Source: Octopus vulgaris (taxonomy: Eukaryota). Taken from it: a stretch of 64,000 bases of DNA. The notes under the pieces are model-generated. The model worked only from the letters and a program-made list of their open reading frames with translations, made no database searches and was not told the DNA's origin. Both the position numbers and the translations under genes were made by a program. The stretch spans positions 97,402,001 to 97,466,000 of the forward strand of contig OX597824.1 of NCBI GenBank assembly GCA_951406725.2. The letters are read 5' to 3'. Shown here in pieces: positions 13,241 through 26,472 of this stretch (position 1 is the stretch's first letter; every line of letters begins with the position of its first letter).

Positions 13241-13589
13241 ACGACAATAAATTTAAAGTGAAGAACGAATGTGCAGTGCGTGTGTTTCTTTTGCAAGAGA
13301 TAACGAATATGTGACCGCCCGTAAATATAACAATGCATGTTTTAACACATCGTTTCACATCAGGGATCATGCAAGACAAGAGTTCCTCATCAGAAAAGGA
13401 AAAAAGAGAACAAGGTGGAAAGGAGGGATGGAGAAGGGACAGGAAAAGGTTTGGGGTTGGGTGAGAAGTGATTTAAAGTTGTGCAATTCTGAAATTGTTG
13501 ATTAAATATATCTAAGATGCTGCTAAGTGATTTAGCTTTCTTTTACACACATCGCTCTCTCTCTCCCTCTCTATCTATCTATCTATCTA

Positions 13590-13630
<41 letters not shown>

Positions 13631-15300
13631 GTCTGTCTGTCTATCTATCAACCTTTCTAATCTAGCCATCTATTTGTCTGTGTCCGTCTGTCTGTCTGTC
13701 TATATATGTATGTATCTATATGAATATATAGATATGTGTCCGTATGTATGTATGTATGTATGTACGTGTGTGCTTATTTATGTGTATGTGTTTATGTATA
13801 TATGCGTGTGTGTATCTGAATGTATGTATGTGTGTGTGTGTGTGTATGTATTTGTATATACACACATATGTAGATAGACAAATAAGTGACAGAAAAATGT
13901 CGTTAGATAGATTCCTAATATAACGTACAACCTAAAGTGCTCGCAACCCGCTTCATATGCTTATGTGTCAGCGTGTATGTGTGTGTGTGTGTGTGTGTGT
14001 AGATATAAACGATGACATATGTGAAGGAGAGAAAGAGAGATAGCGTGTGGTTATATGTTTGTGCCTATATATGTAGACAGATATATGCGGATGAGAGATA
14101 CAAAACGTGTGTGTGTGTGTGTTTAGCTTTATGATGTGTTTGAATGTGTTATCTCTCAGTTACTTATGAAGTTTCATTTCCATTTCGTGAGAATATGTTT
14201 CGATGAAGGAAACTAACTTTTTCAAGTGGAATGACTACAGAAAGTAGCCATTTCCACAGAGAGGCAAGAATCCCAATAGTTCGATATTGTAATGTCAACT
14301 ATTTGGTTTTGTTTTTATGGAGAATAGGATTCTGTCGGCATTAAATGAGATTATCACTTTCTTTAAAACAGAATCGAATATTTATTACGACTGTCGTAGA
14401 TACAGATGCAGAATTAATTTGAACTGATACTTGTGGGACTATGAATGTGTCTGCGAATATATGTGTGTGTGTTTGTGTGTGCGTATGAATGTGTGGGTGT
14501 ATGTAGTTGGAAAACAATGAGGTGATAGTACTCGAATACAAATGTTAGAGTATTTTCATTGAAACTGACAATATTTCAGAAAATAATAAACACCGTGTCA
14601 CCGATCACATTTGACTGGAAATCACCCCACCGCCTGAAGAATATAAGTCAATATGGAAACGGGTATTATTTGAACTCGAAACGCAAGGACCGCATCAATT
14701 ATTGATCTCTACCAAGTCAGTCAATCGCAAATTAGTTAGAAAATCAAAAAGAAAGGAAGGAAGGAAAGAGACCGATACATTTTTGCTATAAACAAAATCA
14801 CATTTAGAAATAATGGTTTCCAAAATAGTCACAAAGCCCGAAATATTTTTTGCTGGGAAACCGCGGATTTATCATCATCATTGTTCGACCGTGGTCGAGA
14901 CAATGGAATTTACCATGCTACGCCAGATTTCACGGTCCATCATGGCATTACGGAGGTCCTGTTGCTGGATGCCTGTATCCCTGGAGATTACATCAGGGTA
15001 GGAGAGTGTGCGCCCTCTGGTATTGCGAGTAGATGGCTTCCAGAGGAGAAGAGTAGAAATTACGGATTTAACCGTTCCTTAGTTATATTGATCCTGGCGG
15101 TGAGCAGGGGTGGTTGAAAATTAAATTTGACTTCGACTGGATTTGAACTTAGGACGCTTTGCTTCCGATACACTAAAGATCCTGTCACTTCACCAACTTG
15201 TATATATGACTTTATGTGAGCATTACGTATGCATCTATGTATAAATATGCATACGTATGTGTATATGTTTCAATATACACGTAATTATGCATATGTGCTA

Positions 15301-15339
<39 letters not shown>

Positions 15340-15461
15340 CGTAATCACCGTGACCGACCAGACTATCAGATGTTGTTACACATCGCTGGTTACAATGCGC
15401 TTCGCATTGTTTTAGCCTTCAAATGACGCCACCCCGCTGGCTAAGCGAGCACGCCAGATAG

Positions 15462-15577
<116 letters not shown>

Positions 15578-15621
15578 TGTATGTGTATTTATGTATGTGC
15601 GTACATATACGCACGCACACA

Positions 15622-15668
<47 letters not shown>

Positions 15669-16385
15669 TCACCGATATTTGCAGTGATGACTGTAAACAT
15701 AGGCGAAAAAAGTGACATGCAACGAACCAAGTGACACCATGTTTGGCCCATTGGAAGCTTGTAAACAATGGAACCATTGTTCACCAATTCTGATTCAAAT
15801 TCTATAAAACAAATAAACCGTACCATCAATCACAACCAATATATTCCAACATTATTATTCGTTCTGACAGTTTCTTGAAGACAAATAATTTAATCAATGG
15901 TTCAAAGTTCCTGTTGCGGCGGAAATTGGAAGCAAAAACAATTCCAATACAAGAAGATATGCACTGAAGATAATGTCCTACGAAGATGTAAGCAATTTGT
16001 TTTTGTTGTTGTTGTTGGTGTTGTTCTTTTATCTTTATCTCTATACGAGGCTCGCGCTCGACATAGGGTTAAGACGGTGATACTAAAACGATGCACTCAC
16101 AATCGTCGCATTTTATTTCTGCTACTGAAATGCCTTGCTTAACGCACCCATTTTAAAACTAGAAAGAGTAGCCAGACCTCTCTCGAATTACTCAATTGGA
16201 TATTAGATAATGAAGTGCTAATTTGAAAATTTAGCCCTCGGAATCGTGTAAAGAACGGGTTGCTGGCGGCTGAAACAGCTTTGATCATAGGTCGGTTTGA
16301 TGTTGACCAATTTGCAGTTTATCACAGCCAAGACGAAGAAAACGACAAAAGCAAAATATTAAATAATATGAAACTCAGTATAATC

Positions 16386-16455
<70 letters not shown>

Positions 16456-16729
16456 TACATATGCATATTCACATATGCGGATTTCATTATAGAGTAAGTA
16501 TGCATTATTCAGTTTATTTCAAAATTCCCTGTGAATAGAGAATGGACTGGTTTCCAACCTAGATCCAAGAATTGGAATTTCAACATCAGAATATTTTTGT
16601 TTGTATGTATGTGTGTATGTTTTATGTATTTAGTATCATGCATATAGTTGGATATCTAGACATGCTCATATATATATATATATATATATATATACACTTT
16701 ATTTAAAAGCAGCAGAAATTCAACAAAAG

Positions 16730-16767
16730 CTGTTACTCGGAGTTTCACGTTCCCGCTCGTCGGACAG
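16730..16767 (-). ncRNA. Compact hammerhead variant with CCGACGA core
   Basis: Minus strand: CTGT-CCGACGA-GCG(GGAA)CGT-GAAA-CTCCGAG-TA-ACAG; stem I CTGT/ACAG, GUA triplet; paralogue at 51003-51040. Confidence 0.6.
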
Positions 16768-16816
16768 TTTTGAGTACTCTTTTTTCCACCTTGTTTCACA
16801 TTTATGTGTTTACTCC

Positions 16817-16863
<47 letters not shown>

Positions 16864-16918
16864 TTAAATGTATGCATGTTTTTATGCTTTCATGTATGCT
16901 TTTATGTATGTATGTATG

Positions 16919-16971
<53 letters not shown>

Positions 16972-17446
16972 AAATTAGCTGCTATTCAGCAGAGACACAA
17001 CAGTCTGTTATGAACAAATGATTAGTAGCTTATAGCCATTTATAATGTATAGAGACTAAAACTACGCGAAACCAGTTTAATTTGCATAACGGTGCATGCA
17101 ATGTCCCTGTAAAGTAATTGTCTCTTATCTTTTGCTTCTGTCAATCATTAGTCTGTAGGATATACCGGGGAACCGCCTTGAAAATATTTAGTCGAATGAA
17201 TTAGCATCCGTTTGTATACACATAATGGCTTCGTTCATTTTCCGACTACCAAATCCGCATACAACGTTTTGTTCTAACCATAGATACAGTAACAGGAAAT
17301 TGCCCAAGGTGCCACAAGTGAGACTGAACCCTGGAACTATGTGGCTGGGAAGCAAGGCATGCACCTGAATATTTTATAATGCGATTTACCATATTTCTGC
17401 GTAATTTGAAACGAAAGCATTTTAGCAATCATAAGACTATAAATTC

Positions 17447-17990
17447 ACTTTGTTGCCATCCTTGTAATGTGCACTTGGAAAGAGGTATCATCACTCATGT
17501 CGATACCCAGGTCCTTCACTGATTTACGCTCTGGGGTTATAATCCCCTGTGGACCAGTGTAAGTTTTATATTCAGTTTTGGACGCTGGTAGCGCAGGGCT
17601 TGGAGTTTTTCAGCATTAAAGTGCATACTATTATCTTCAACCCATCTGTAAATTGAGTCCAACTCCTGCTGCAGGTGTGCAACATAGCTTGGTTTCTGTA
17701 TTTTTTGCGAGACTTTCGTATCGTCTGCGTAGCTAGCAAGGATGGTTATCCTGGAAACTGAGGGCATATCGAGAGGGCCACATTGAAAAGTAGTGGCCCC
17801 AAAACAGTGCCCTGTGGAACACCGCTCACTATTTGTGTTTTACATTGAGGTGCTGCCATTGGCCACTACTGCCTGACTTTTATCTTTAAGAAAGGCATGT
17901 AACCATTCTCCAAGTTTTCCAGCTATGCCGAGATTAAGCAGTTTGTGGTATATCATACCATGATCCACCTTGTCAAAAGTTTTATCAAAA
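17447..17990 (-). pseudogene. Non-LTR retrotransposon RT fragment (CR1/L2/Crack-like)
   Basis: FDKTFDKVDHGMIYHKL...VSGVPQGTVLGPLLF...YADDTKV...LQQELDSIYRWVEDNSMHFNAEK...SVKDLGIDMSDDTSFQVHI, with frameshifts and stops. Confidence 0.9.
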
Positions 17991-17994
17991 GTTT

Positions 17995-18216
17995 ACGGAA
18001 ACGGAAATACAGCAACACCGGTTGTCAAGCGGTGATGGGGGGAAAATGTGTGTGTATGAAGGGATTCTTTCAGTTTCCATCTACTAAATCCACTCATATG
18101 AATTTGGTCGGCCTGAGGCTATAGCAGTTTCTTGATTAATGTGTCAAACAGTGGGTCTGAACTCGGAACCATGTTGTTGCGAAGCAAGCTACTTACCACA
18201 TGGCCACGACAGCGCC
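17995..18216 (-). mobile_element. SINE family B, degenerate
   Basis: Reverse complement of the GTGGCTGTGTGGTAAGTAGCTTGCTT head and the CTTGACAACCG body. Confidence 0.8.
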
Positions 18217-18519
18217 AACACACACACACACACACTTGTTTTATGAGTCTTATGACTGGTATGTTTTTCAATATACTTTTCTACGAGCATGGGTAATATC
18301 TGGAAAGATGACATATATATATATAAAGCAATTACAACTCAGCTTTTATCAAATTTCTTCGTGTTTATTCTAAATGATGAAATGAATATTAATTTTTTAA
18401 AAGAACAATATTACCTTAAAATAGAACTGAATAAAACAACATCAAAGGAGAAAAAAATAATTGCAAAGAATATTACTCTGCGTGTTGAGTCTTTGTCATG
18501 GAAGTTACCAAATGTTCTC

Positions 18520-18563
<44 letters not shown>

Positions 18564-18579
18564 CATCTCTTCCGCTATG

Positions 18580-19072
18580 TATATATAAATATAAGTCACA
18601 TACTAGCATATATATATATATATATGCATGTTTATATATGTATATATATATATATATATGCATGTTTATATATGTATATATATATATATATGCATGTTTA
18701 TATATGTGTATATATATATATATATATTTATGTATGTATATGCATATGTATGTATATATATATATATATATATGTATGTATATATATATATGAATGTATA
18801 TATATATATATGTGTGTGTGTATATATATGTATGTATATATATATGTGTGTATATGTATGTATATATATATATGTATATATATATGTGTATGTATCTATA
18901 TGTATGTATATGCATATATGTGTATGCATGTTTATATGTATGTATATGTATATATTATATTTAGATGTATATATATATATATATGTATATATATGTGTAT
19001 GTATCTATATGTATGTATATGCATATATGTGTGTGTATGTATATATGTATATATATGTATATATTATATTTA

Positions 19073-19120
<48 letters not shown>
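18580..19120. repeat. Long degenerate (TA)/(TG)/(TATG) array
   Basis: Directly visible; contains an internal duplication ATATTATATTTAGATGTATATA. Confidence 0.95.
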
Positions 19121-19122
<2 letters not shown>

Positions 19123-19637
19123 TAAACGCATATAAACACACAAGCACACATTCACGCACACACACACCTTCATGCACATATATATAGGAGTAGATGTGGA
19201 AGTAATTTGCAAATTGATAACTCCTTCCAAAATGCAAACAAAAAGTATTTCTTGCGAGTTTGCTCAACATTTACAAGCGAGCAAATTGAAATGAATTGGC
19301 CATTTTGGAAATATTTTTTTTTCCTCATCTTTGTGTTTTTTTCTTTCAATTTCTTTTTTCATAACACCTCTTATTCCTGCAGTCACCACTTCATAATGTT
19401 GAGAAAGGAAAACGGTGCGCGTTACAAATTCACTCACTTTCCTCTTCCTACTCTGACTCTATAACTCATCATCATCATCTCTCTCTCCTTTCTGTCTCTC
19501 TCTATGAACCGCTGTCTTATCTGTACGCGATGTAAACCGTGTACAGAGAAGGCAAGAGAATAATCAACCGACCAACAAGCCAACATTTACATCGGGTGTT
19601 AATATATATACATTCATAAATACATACATATATGTAC

Positions 19638-19668
<31 letters not shown>

Positions 19669-19749
19669 TATATACATACACACATACATGTGTATGTATA
19701 TATACATATACTTATATATAAACACACACATAATATACATACACACACA

Positions 19750-19797
<48 letters not shown>

Positions 19798-19801
<4 letters not shown>

Positions 19802-19868
19802 GGATATTTGCAATTTACAACCGAAAGGCAACAAGTGCATTCGTCACTTAAGTGACGAAGGGTGCTAG
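19798..19868 (+). mobile_element. Helitron-like 3' terminus
   Basis: Perfect palindrome TTCGTCAC-TTAA-GTGACGAA (19840-19859) followed by GGGTG-CTAG|T. Confidence 0.6.
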
Positions 19869-20931
19869 TATATATATACATACATATATATATATATATA
19901 TACATACATACATACATACATACATATATGTGTGTGTGTATTTAGCGATATAGACAGACAGACAGACATATTCGCACTAGTCATCCGAGCAGTAAATCAA
20001 ACAAATATTAGACTTGGTAATGAAAACCAATCAGATATTGATTCTGAGTCATGTTGCTTTTTTTCTATATTTCTGTGTATATTTACATAGATATAAAGAA
20101 CGTTGGAATATTTCTTCACCTCTCCCACTCATCCTCTCCCTTATCTCCCCCTCTCTCTCTCCTGTACCTGTCTTTTTCTCTCTCACTCCCTCTCATTCCG
20201 CTCTATATTTCTAACAATATCTCACTTTTTATCTCTTCCACTTTGTTCTCTATCTGTATCTTATTCTCCATAATATAAAAAAAAAACGCACGAGGCCCGC
20301 ACACACACACATACACATGCAATGTTTCTCAGAAGCAAATATTATCACATGCTTTTGTATCCTTTGTGTTACTCAAGACTATGAAATACTTTATATACAA
20401 AGATAAGAAAGCTGCAGATGGATAGATTACAACATGAATTTTGTCTAGTTGAAACAAACACTGTTGTTCTCAGATTCTTCGGCGAAATGCATTTAATGTT
20501 TATCTTACACCTAACATATACAGGTAAATATTTGATTCAGCGTCTTACTACGTTTGAAGAGACTCTCCATTCACCTGTTAGATAGAGTAGCTTTAATATT
20601 CATGTATTCAGCCTCTTTTCTCTCCGATATTATGTTCATCTTTGATAATATATTCCTTTTCAACTTTACCGGAATTACCATCGAAATCATTGCTTGTTAT
20701 GTGATACAGTAAAATCGTATTGGCCCCCTCGATTCTCTGTCTCCGTCTCTCACTCCCCTTTGTAACTCCTTCCTTCTCCTCTCTCTCTCTCTGTCAATCT
20801 CTCTATCTTTCTCTTTGTGATACATATATACTTGTCTTTATACATTTATGCATACATACACATATGTGACTATGCGAATGTTAAGTACACACATGATGTA
20901 TGACATCGGACAAGAAGAGGAGAAAAAATAC

Positions 20932-20976
<45 letters not shown>

Positions 20977-21600
20977 TGTGTGTGTATACATATTTATATA
21001 TTTATATATATATAGATGTGTGTGTATACATATTTATATACATACATTATTCATGCATGCATGCATGCGTATATATGTACATCCACACACATATACACAC
21101 ACACCACATATGTCTATATTTATATATTTGTTATAGATATGCATATAACACGTGCAAATATTCATTTGTGGGTTGGTGTATAGTTTTATATATATATATA
21201 TATATATATACGCTCGTGCACTTGTTTGTTTCTCCCATTCCCCCTCCCCCTCTCTCTCTTCTATTCTCCTCCTCTTCTTTATATGGTGTGTGTTAAACCA
21301 ACGTAAGAAGCAAGTAGAAAAGACTGCTTTGCTTTCCTTCTTTCGTTCCCCTTTGGTACATAACGAAGCTTATATTGTCTAACCTCACCTACTTCCGCGC
21401 CTTTTATTGCGGATAGAGTTCCGTTGGGGTATGGAAAATAAAAGCATATTAGCATGAATAATTTCACCGTCAAGTGAAGCATCAAAATCTTAATGGATAT
21501 TATCTGGCTGATAAATAGAGAATTTAACAGAAAAAGAGCGAAAGAATTTAACTGAATTCATGAAGTGTTTGACATTGGTGTGAGTTTTGCGGTAGTAAAG

Positions 21601-21650
21601 TATGGCTTTGGCTTATGGAATTGCTATGGCTTTGGCTTATGGAATTGCTA
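21601..21650. repeat. 24-bp tandem duplication
   Basis: TATGGCTTTGGCTTATGGAATTGC x2. Confidence 0.95.
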
Positions 21651-21916
21651 TCTTCGCTATCAAATCTCTTGTAAGAATTTAAGCAAAGATATCTACATAT
21701 ACATTTCTGCCGACGTATTTCTCGCTTCTGTTAAATTACTACTTGTGAAAGAAGTAAAACGGTTGAGATAACGCTCCATTCTATTAGTTTTGAAGAAGAA
21801 AGCAATAGGGACAGTTCGAAATTTATAAAGAACAGAGAGAAGAGATACAAGTCTTACTAGCATACGTACAGCCGCTCACACGTGCGCGTAAGAACACTAC
21901 GCATATACATATATAG

Positions 21917-21993
<77 letters not shown>

Positions 21994-21996
<3 letters not shown>

Positions 21997-22458
21997 GCGT
22001 CGGGAACGAGGATCGCCCCCTACATTTGCTAACCTTGACATGGCGTCCAAATATACGAATACGCCAGACTGAAATTTGGTGGAATCTTCCAAAAATACTT
22101 ACTCACCAATTGGGAGCGCTACCTGGATGATTCTTTCATTCTGTGGTCGCATAAACTTGATCAATTCTTGCAATTAAGAAGGTTAATTAGCAACATAAAC
22201 AACAGTATCCAATTTATAATGGAATAGTCCCAAACAGCTACTTTTTTCTGGACATTTTAATCATAAAAAGACAGGCTAACATTGAAACCGATATCTGTCT
22301 TAAACCAACGAGCTTAAAGCAATATCTAAAACAATATCTGTTATTCTCTTCCAAAGCATTTTAAAGTCAACATAGCTTTTAACGTGAGAAGAAGAATAGG
22401 CACGATTGTATCAAATCCTGAAAACCGGGATAAATGACTCAAAGAACTTAAAAATATA
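21994..22458 (+). pseudogene. Penelope-like element reverse transcriptase fragment (Neptune-like signature)
   Basis: TASGTRIAP/TFANLDM...NWERYLDDSFILWSH...INNSIQFIME*...FLDILIIKRQANIETDICLKPTSLKQYL...PKHFKVNIAFNVRRRIGTIVSNPENRDK*LKELK, matching PLE RT motifs GTAMGTxxAPxxANL, RYxDD, FLD, KPT..YL, HP. Confidence 0.85.
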
Positions 22459-22662
22459 TATCGGTCACCTCGTCTGCAAGAGATGGCAGGAGTTCGGTTC
22501 CCTGCTCGCAATTTATCGGATACAGCTCTGCTCCGTTAAGCAGTTAGAGATGTACTCTTGGGGTTAAAAAATCGCAGTAGAGTCCGTTCGAACGAACAGC
22601 CATGATGAAGTGGTTACGAGTATTATATATATATATATGTATATATGTATTATATATGTATG

Positions 22663-22701
<39 letters not shown>

Positions 22702-23013
22702 ATACGCAAATGTTGGCCAAAGAGAATAAGTGCCTAACATCGCATTGTTGGATAAAAAAATCTTTATTTGTGTATTGAGGCTACCATTGGTTTCATGCTA
22801 CGAAAATATCTTACGGTCAATAGTTTTTGAATCCGATCACTCAGAGAAATGGTATTTACCTCTATTTCGAACTAAAACACCAAACTTTGGATTAAAACAT
22901 CCAAAATGAAAACGAACACCATTCCCTTGTGTGATGGGCTTGAAAGGTTGTTAAGATATTAAGATATACAACCAATGGTAGCCTTACTACACAGAGAATA
23001 TATATACCTACAC

Positions 23014-23052
<39 letters not shown>

Positions 23053-23337
23053 AGTGTGTGAGAGAGAGTTAATGGATGACAAAAGAACAGGCTTTATATA
23101 ATCTCTTTCATTCGCTTACATCTGTTGCTAAGATGTTGCGGGAGAACTAGCTCTGTGTGCATTGCTTCTAACAGAGATGGCTCTAAGCTAATGGTTGCGA
23201 TTGTGTTAGTCATGTTATTTTGTGATACATTATTTGTAATCAGCTAAAGCTTAATTCTAAATTATAAGTAGATTGAGAGCTAACATCCCCTTATGAATGT
23301 CGTTTGCCTACCCCAGGGAAATCATTATATATATATA

Positions 23338-23700
23338 GGCGCAGGAGTGGCTGTGCGGTAAGTAGCTTGCTTACCAACCACATGCTACATGGTTATGGGT
23401 TCAGTCCCACTGCATGGCACCTTGGACAAGTGTGTTCTGCTATAGCCTTGGGCCGACCAAACCCTTGTGAGTGGATTTGGCAGACGGAAACCGAAAGAAA
23501 CCCGTCGTATATATATATGTGTGTCTGTGTTTGTTCTCCCAACAAGTGATGGTGGTGTGTTTACGTCCCCGTAACTTAGTGATTCGCCAAAAAAGACCGA
23601 TAGAATTGCTTACAAGCAATAAGTCCTGGGGTCGATTTTCTCGACTAAATGCGTTGCTCCAGCATGGCCACAGTCAAATGACTGAAACAAGTAAAAGAGA
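23338..23700 (+). mobile_element. tRNA-derived SINE family B (full length)
   Basis: GGCGCAGGAGTGGCTGTGCGGTAAG head, GGGTTCAGTCCCA B-box, GCACCTTGGACAAGTG body, internal (TA)/(TG), tail CTCCAGCATGGCCACAGTCAAATGACTGAAACAAGTAAAAGAG. Confidence 0.9.
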
Positions 23701-26054
23701 TACATATAATTAGAATAAAGTCATTATTTTATGAGTGGTCAGCATACTAAATATACCGTAATGGTTAATTTATATACTGTTATGCAGGAGTGGACGTTAT
23801 AACAATTCGACGTTGGCTTAGAACAGTTCATCAACGATGCAAAATAATCGTTGAGTTGTGTAGAAGTGTTACTCTATTAACTTGTAAAAATTGAAAGGAA
23901 CGTATTTATATCCCTCCTTTGTGATATTTTCGGGTAAAACTCATATATATATAATTGAAAACCAATAGGTATAAGCACTCTACACACACACAAAGATAAA
24001 TAGATAGATAGATAAACATTGATACCTGTGGGAAAACGTGACTGCCTGGCAGTTTTCTTTGCAGAAATATTTTAATGTCAGGACCGTAGCCCACCTCCCA
24101 GTTCCTATCCCGTGTCAAGTCATATATTGATCCCTAAATCTGTGGTTCGATCTATGGTAGGTTGGTGATTGAACTGACATAAGTAATAATTTATTTGAAA
24201 CATTTCGTTTTTAACCTTGTTAGTCCGATTGTTGCCATTTCGTTCTATAATTAATCGAAGAAGTCTTAGATAAATTATTGATTCCTTACCGCTTGCGTTT
24301 GATGTATCACTCCAATTCGACTGTGGGTTCGCTCTTTTTGGTAACCCACTTTGAGAATTAATCGTACAAAGTCAGTCGTTTTCATGGATAATAAACAAAA
24401 TTAATTCCGTGTTGTTGTTGATATCCTCACGTGTGTTCATTGAGTTGCCGTCACTAGTTAGATATCATTTTATCCATTTTTATGACGGCACCTTTCTTGA
24501 ATATATTAACAATGTTATCATTAATTCCGTTTTTGTTTGAAACAATATTAATAATGCATGACCAATATTCTACTGAAAGTGCTATTTTCAACTTTGATTG
24601 GAATTTCTATTTTAAAGATACAACTCAATGTTGGTCATATTTTCTCTGACAATAAAGCAATGAAAATTTCTCGTAAATTTCCGAAGAATTTTGCCTCAGG
24701 ACGGAATAATTTGGTTGTTTTTTTTTTCTGTCTTGCTGTTTTGCATTTTCTTTTATGAGAACAATTGCGAAATATTGATAATAAAAGAGAAATAAGGAAA
24801 AAAACCCATCTAGGGTCATCATTAATTTACTTTCAACGGCACTGAAGCAAATGAATTCAGAAAAAAAAAGCAATTATTTATGACCCAGAATTCCTCTGTG
24901 ATGTCAAATGTCAGTTACAAATGTTTAATTTTAATTTCTTGTCTCAAGAAAACAAGTACAATTGGCGTCACCACCTTTTGAACAAAGATGGCAGCCAGTC
25001 AAAATATAATGGAGAAATATTGTGTTGGCAATGACTAGATTAGCTGGATTTCTATGAAATTTCTAGTCTTCGTTGATAGAATTCTAAACAGTGAAAGCAG
25101 TTGTGGCTGTGGTTGGTACGTGGTTGTGGAAAAATAACTGTAACATCAAGACTAGTTAACGATTGTTGAAGTAATGGCCGCAGCGAGGAATATGTTGCTG
25201 TTCTTGTTATTGCTGTTGTTTATTTTCTAGTCAAACCTACGATCAAAGTTATACCAAATATGAACGCCCCATTTTTTAGAGTGTACTTACGACTATATCA
25301 TTCAATTTGAAGTGACTTGAGGAGAGGTTAGGTTGCTATTTTCAGCAGATCGAAGAGCGGCGAAGGGATTACTTTAGTGTTTGGCCAATGATTGTGGAAA
25401 TAACAAGAGATACAACAGCAACTACGAAGACTGCTCTTTTTTTATGTTGATATCAAGAACGATAAAGGAAATACAATACATGAGTGTATACACAAATGAA
25501 TTTGTGTGTGTATGTGTTTATTTGTGCGTTGATGTATATGCTAGCATATATGCGTTTGTGTTTGAAAAATACAAAAGAAGGGAAAGAGAAAATAGCAGAT
25601 GAAGCATAGAAAGACATCAACTGTACTGCATAAGCTACTGTCTGAAATGTGATGCTCTGAGATGATCAGCGTTCAATGAAATAATTTAATAAATTAGTAG
25701 TTGTAGATTTAATTAGATGTTTGGTTGAATTTAGCAGAGTTCAATTAGCTGCAAGCATTTGTACCATGACTCTACTATCTAGAATAACCTAGGAAATGGT
25801 TTCTAAACCCATTCTCAGCGGTCATGTAAATACTGCCATTAACAAAACTATACAAAACTACTTTTCTTTAGAGTGCATATAAAAGACGGCCCTTGTTTAT
25901 GTTTGGGGAACAAGTCGAAATCTAGTACAGATATGCGTATTATAAAACATACACCCTAAAGATGAACTAAACGGGAACTGAATACATATATCTTCTATTG
26001 TAAATATTCTCTTTGATGATGCAATTTGATGTATGTGGAAAAAGATTTTCTTAC

Positions 26055-26472
26055 CTTGTAAATAACGAACCAATACACACATAACGGGACCAAAGATGAA
26101 GTTCCTCAAGATAACTGGAATCAAAGTGAACGGTATGCAGAAGACGGCTAATAGAAGGTCACTTATAGCCAAATTCAATAGAAATACATTGGTAACGGTT
26201 CTCATCCTTTTGTTCTTTGCTAAAACTGTAATAACCAACGAGTTTCCGGTCACAGCTAATATAAAAATGAGCGCATGAAATGTTATTCTTAATTCAATGC
26301 CGATGTCTATGATTAATCGCCGAGAAAAGTTGCCACCTCGAACAACTTCCGGTATACTTGTAACATTTCCGTCGTCGAATTCGAATCTGCCGTCTTCGGT
26401 GACACTATTCATGTTCATATCATTTCCGTCTTCTAGGAATGAAGTTAAATTCAATAGATTCTCCATATTCAT
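26055..26472 (-). CDS. First coding exon of a cholecystokinin/gastrin/sulfakinin receptor-like class A GPCR (N-terminus, TM1, TM2, start of TM3)
   Basis: 139 codons plus 1 nt. N-glycosylation sequons NLT/NVT/NFS; TM1 IFILAVTGNSLVITVL; ICL1-TM2 NKRMRTVTNVFLLNLAISDLLLAVFCIPFTL; ECL1 LRNFIFGPVMC; ends RYLQ-G at donor CAAG|GTAAGA (intron starts 26054). In-frame TAA at 26476-26478 fixes the start region. ORF-track residues after LQG are intron read-through. Confidence 0.92.

Noticed and set aside
6645-14695. Other isolated CTGANGA hits (~6651, ~10218, ~11918, ~14634)
   Set aside because: No combination of closing stem II, GAAA, NUH and stem I; expected by chance.
25897-26054. C-terminal ~52 aa of the 191-aa GPCR ORF
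   Set aside because: Lies after a consensus GTAAGA donor, and receptor similarity stops there; intron read-through.
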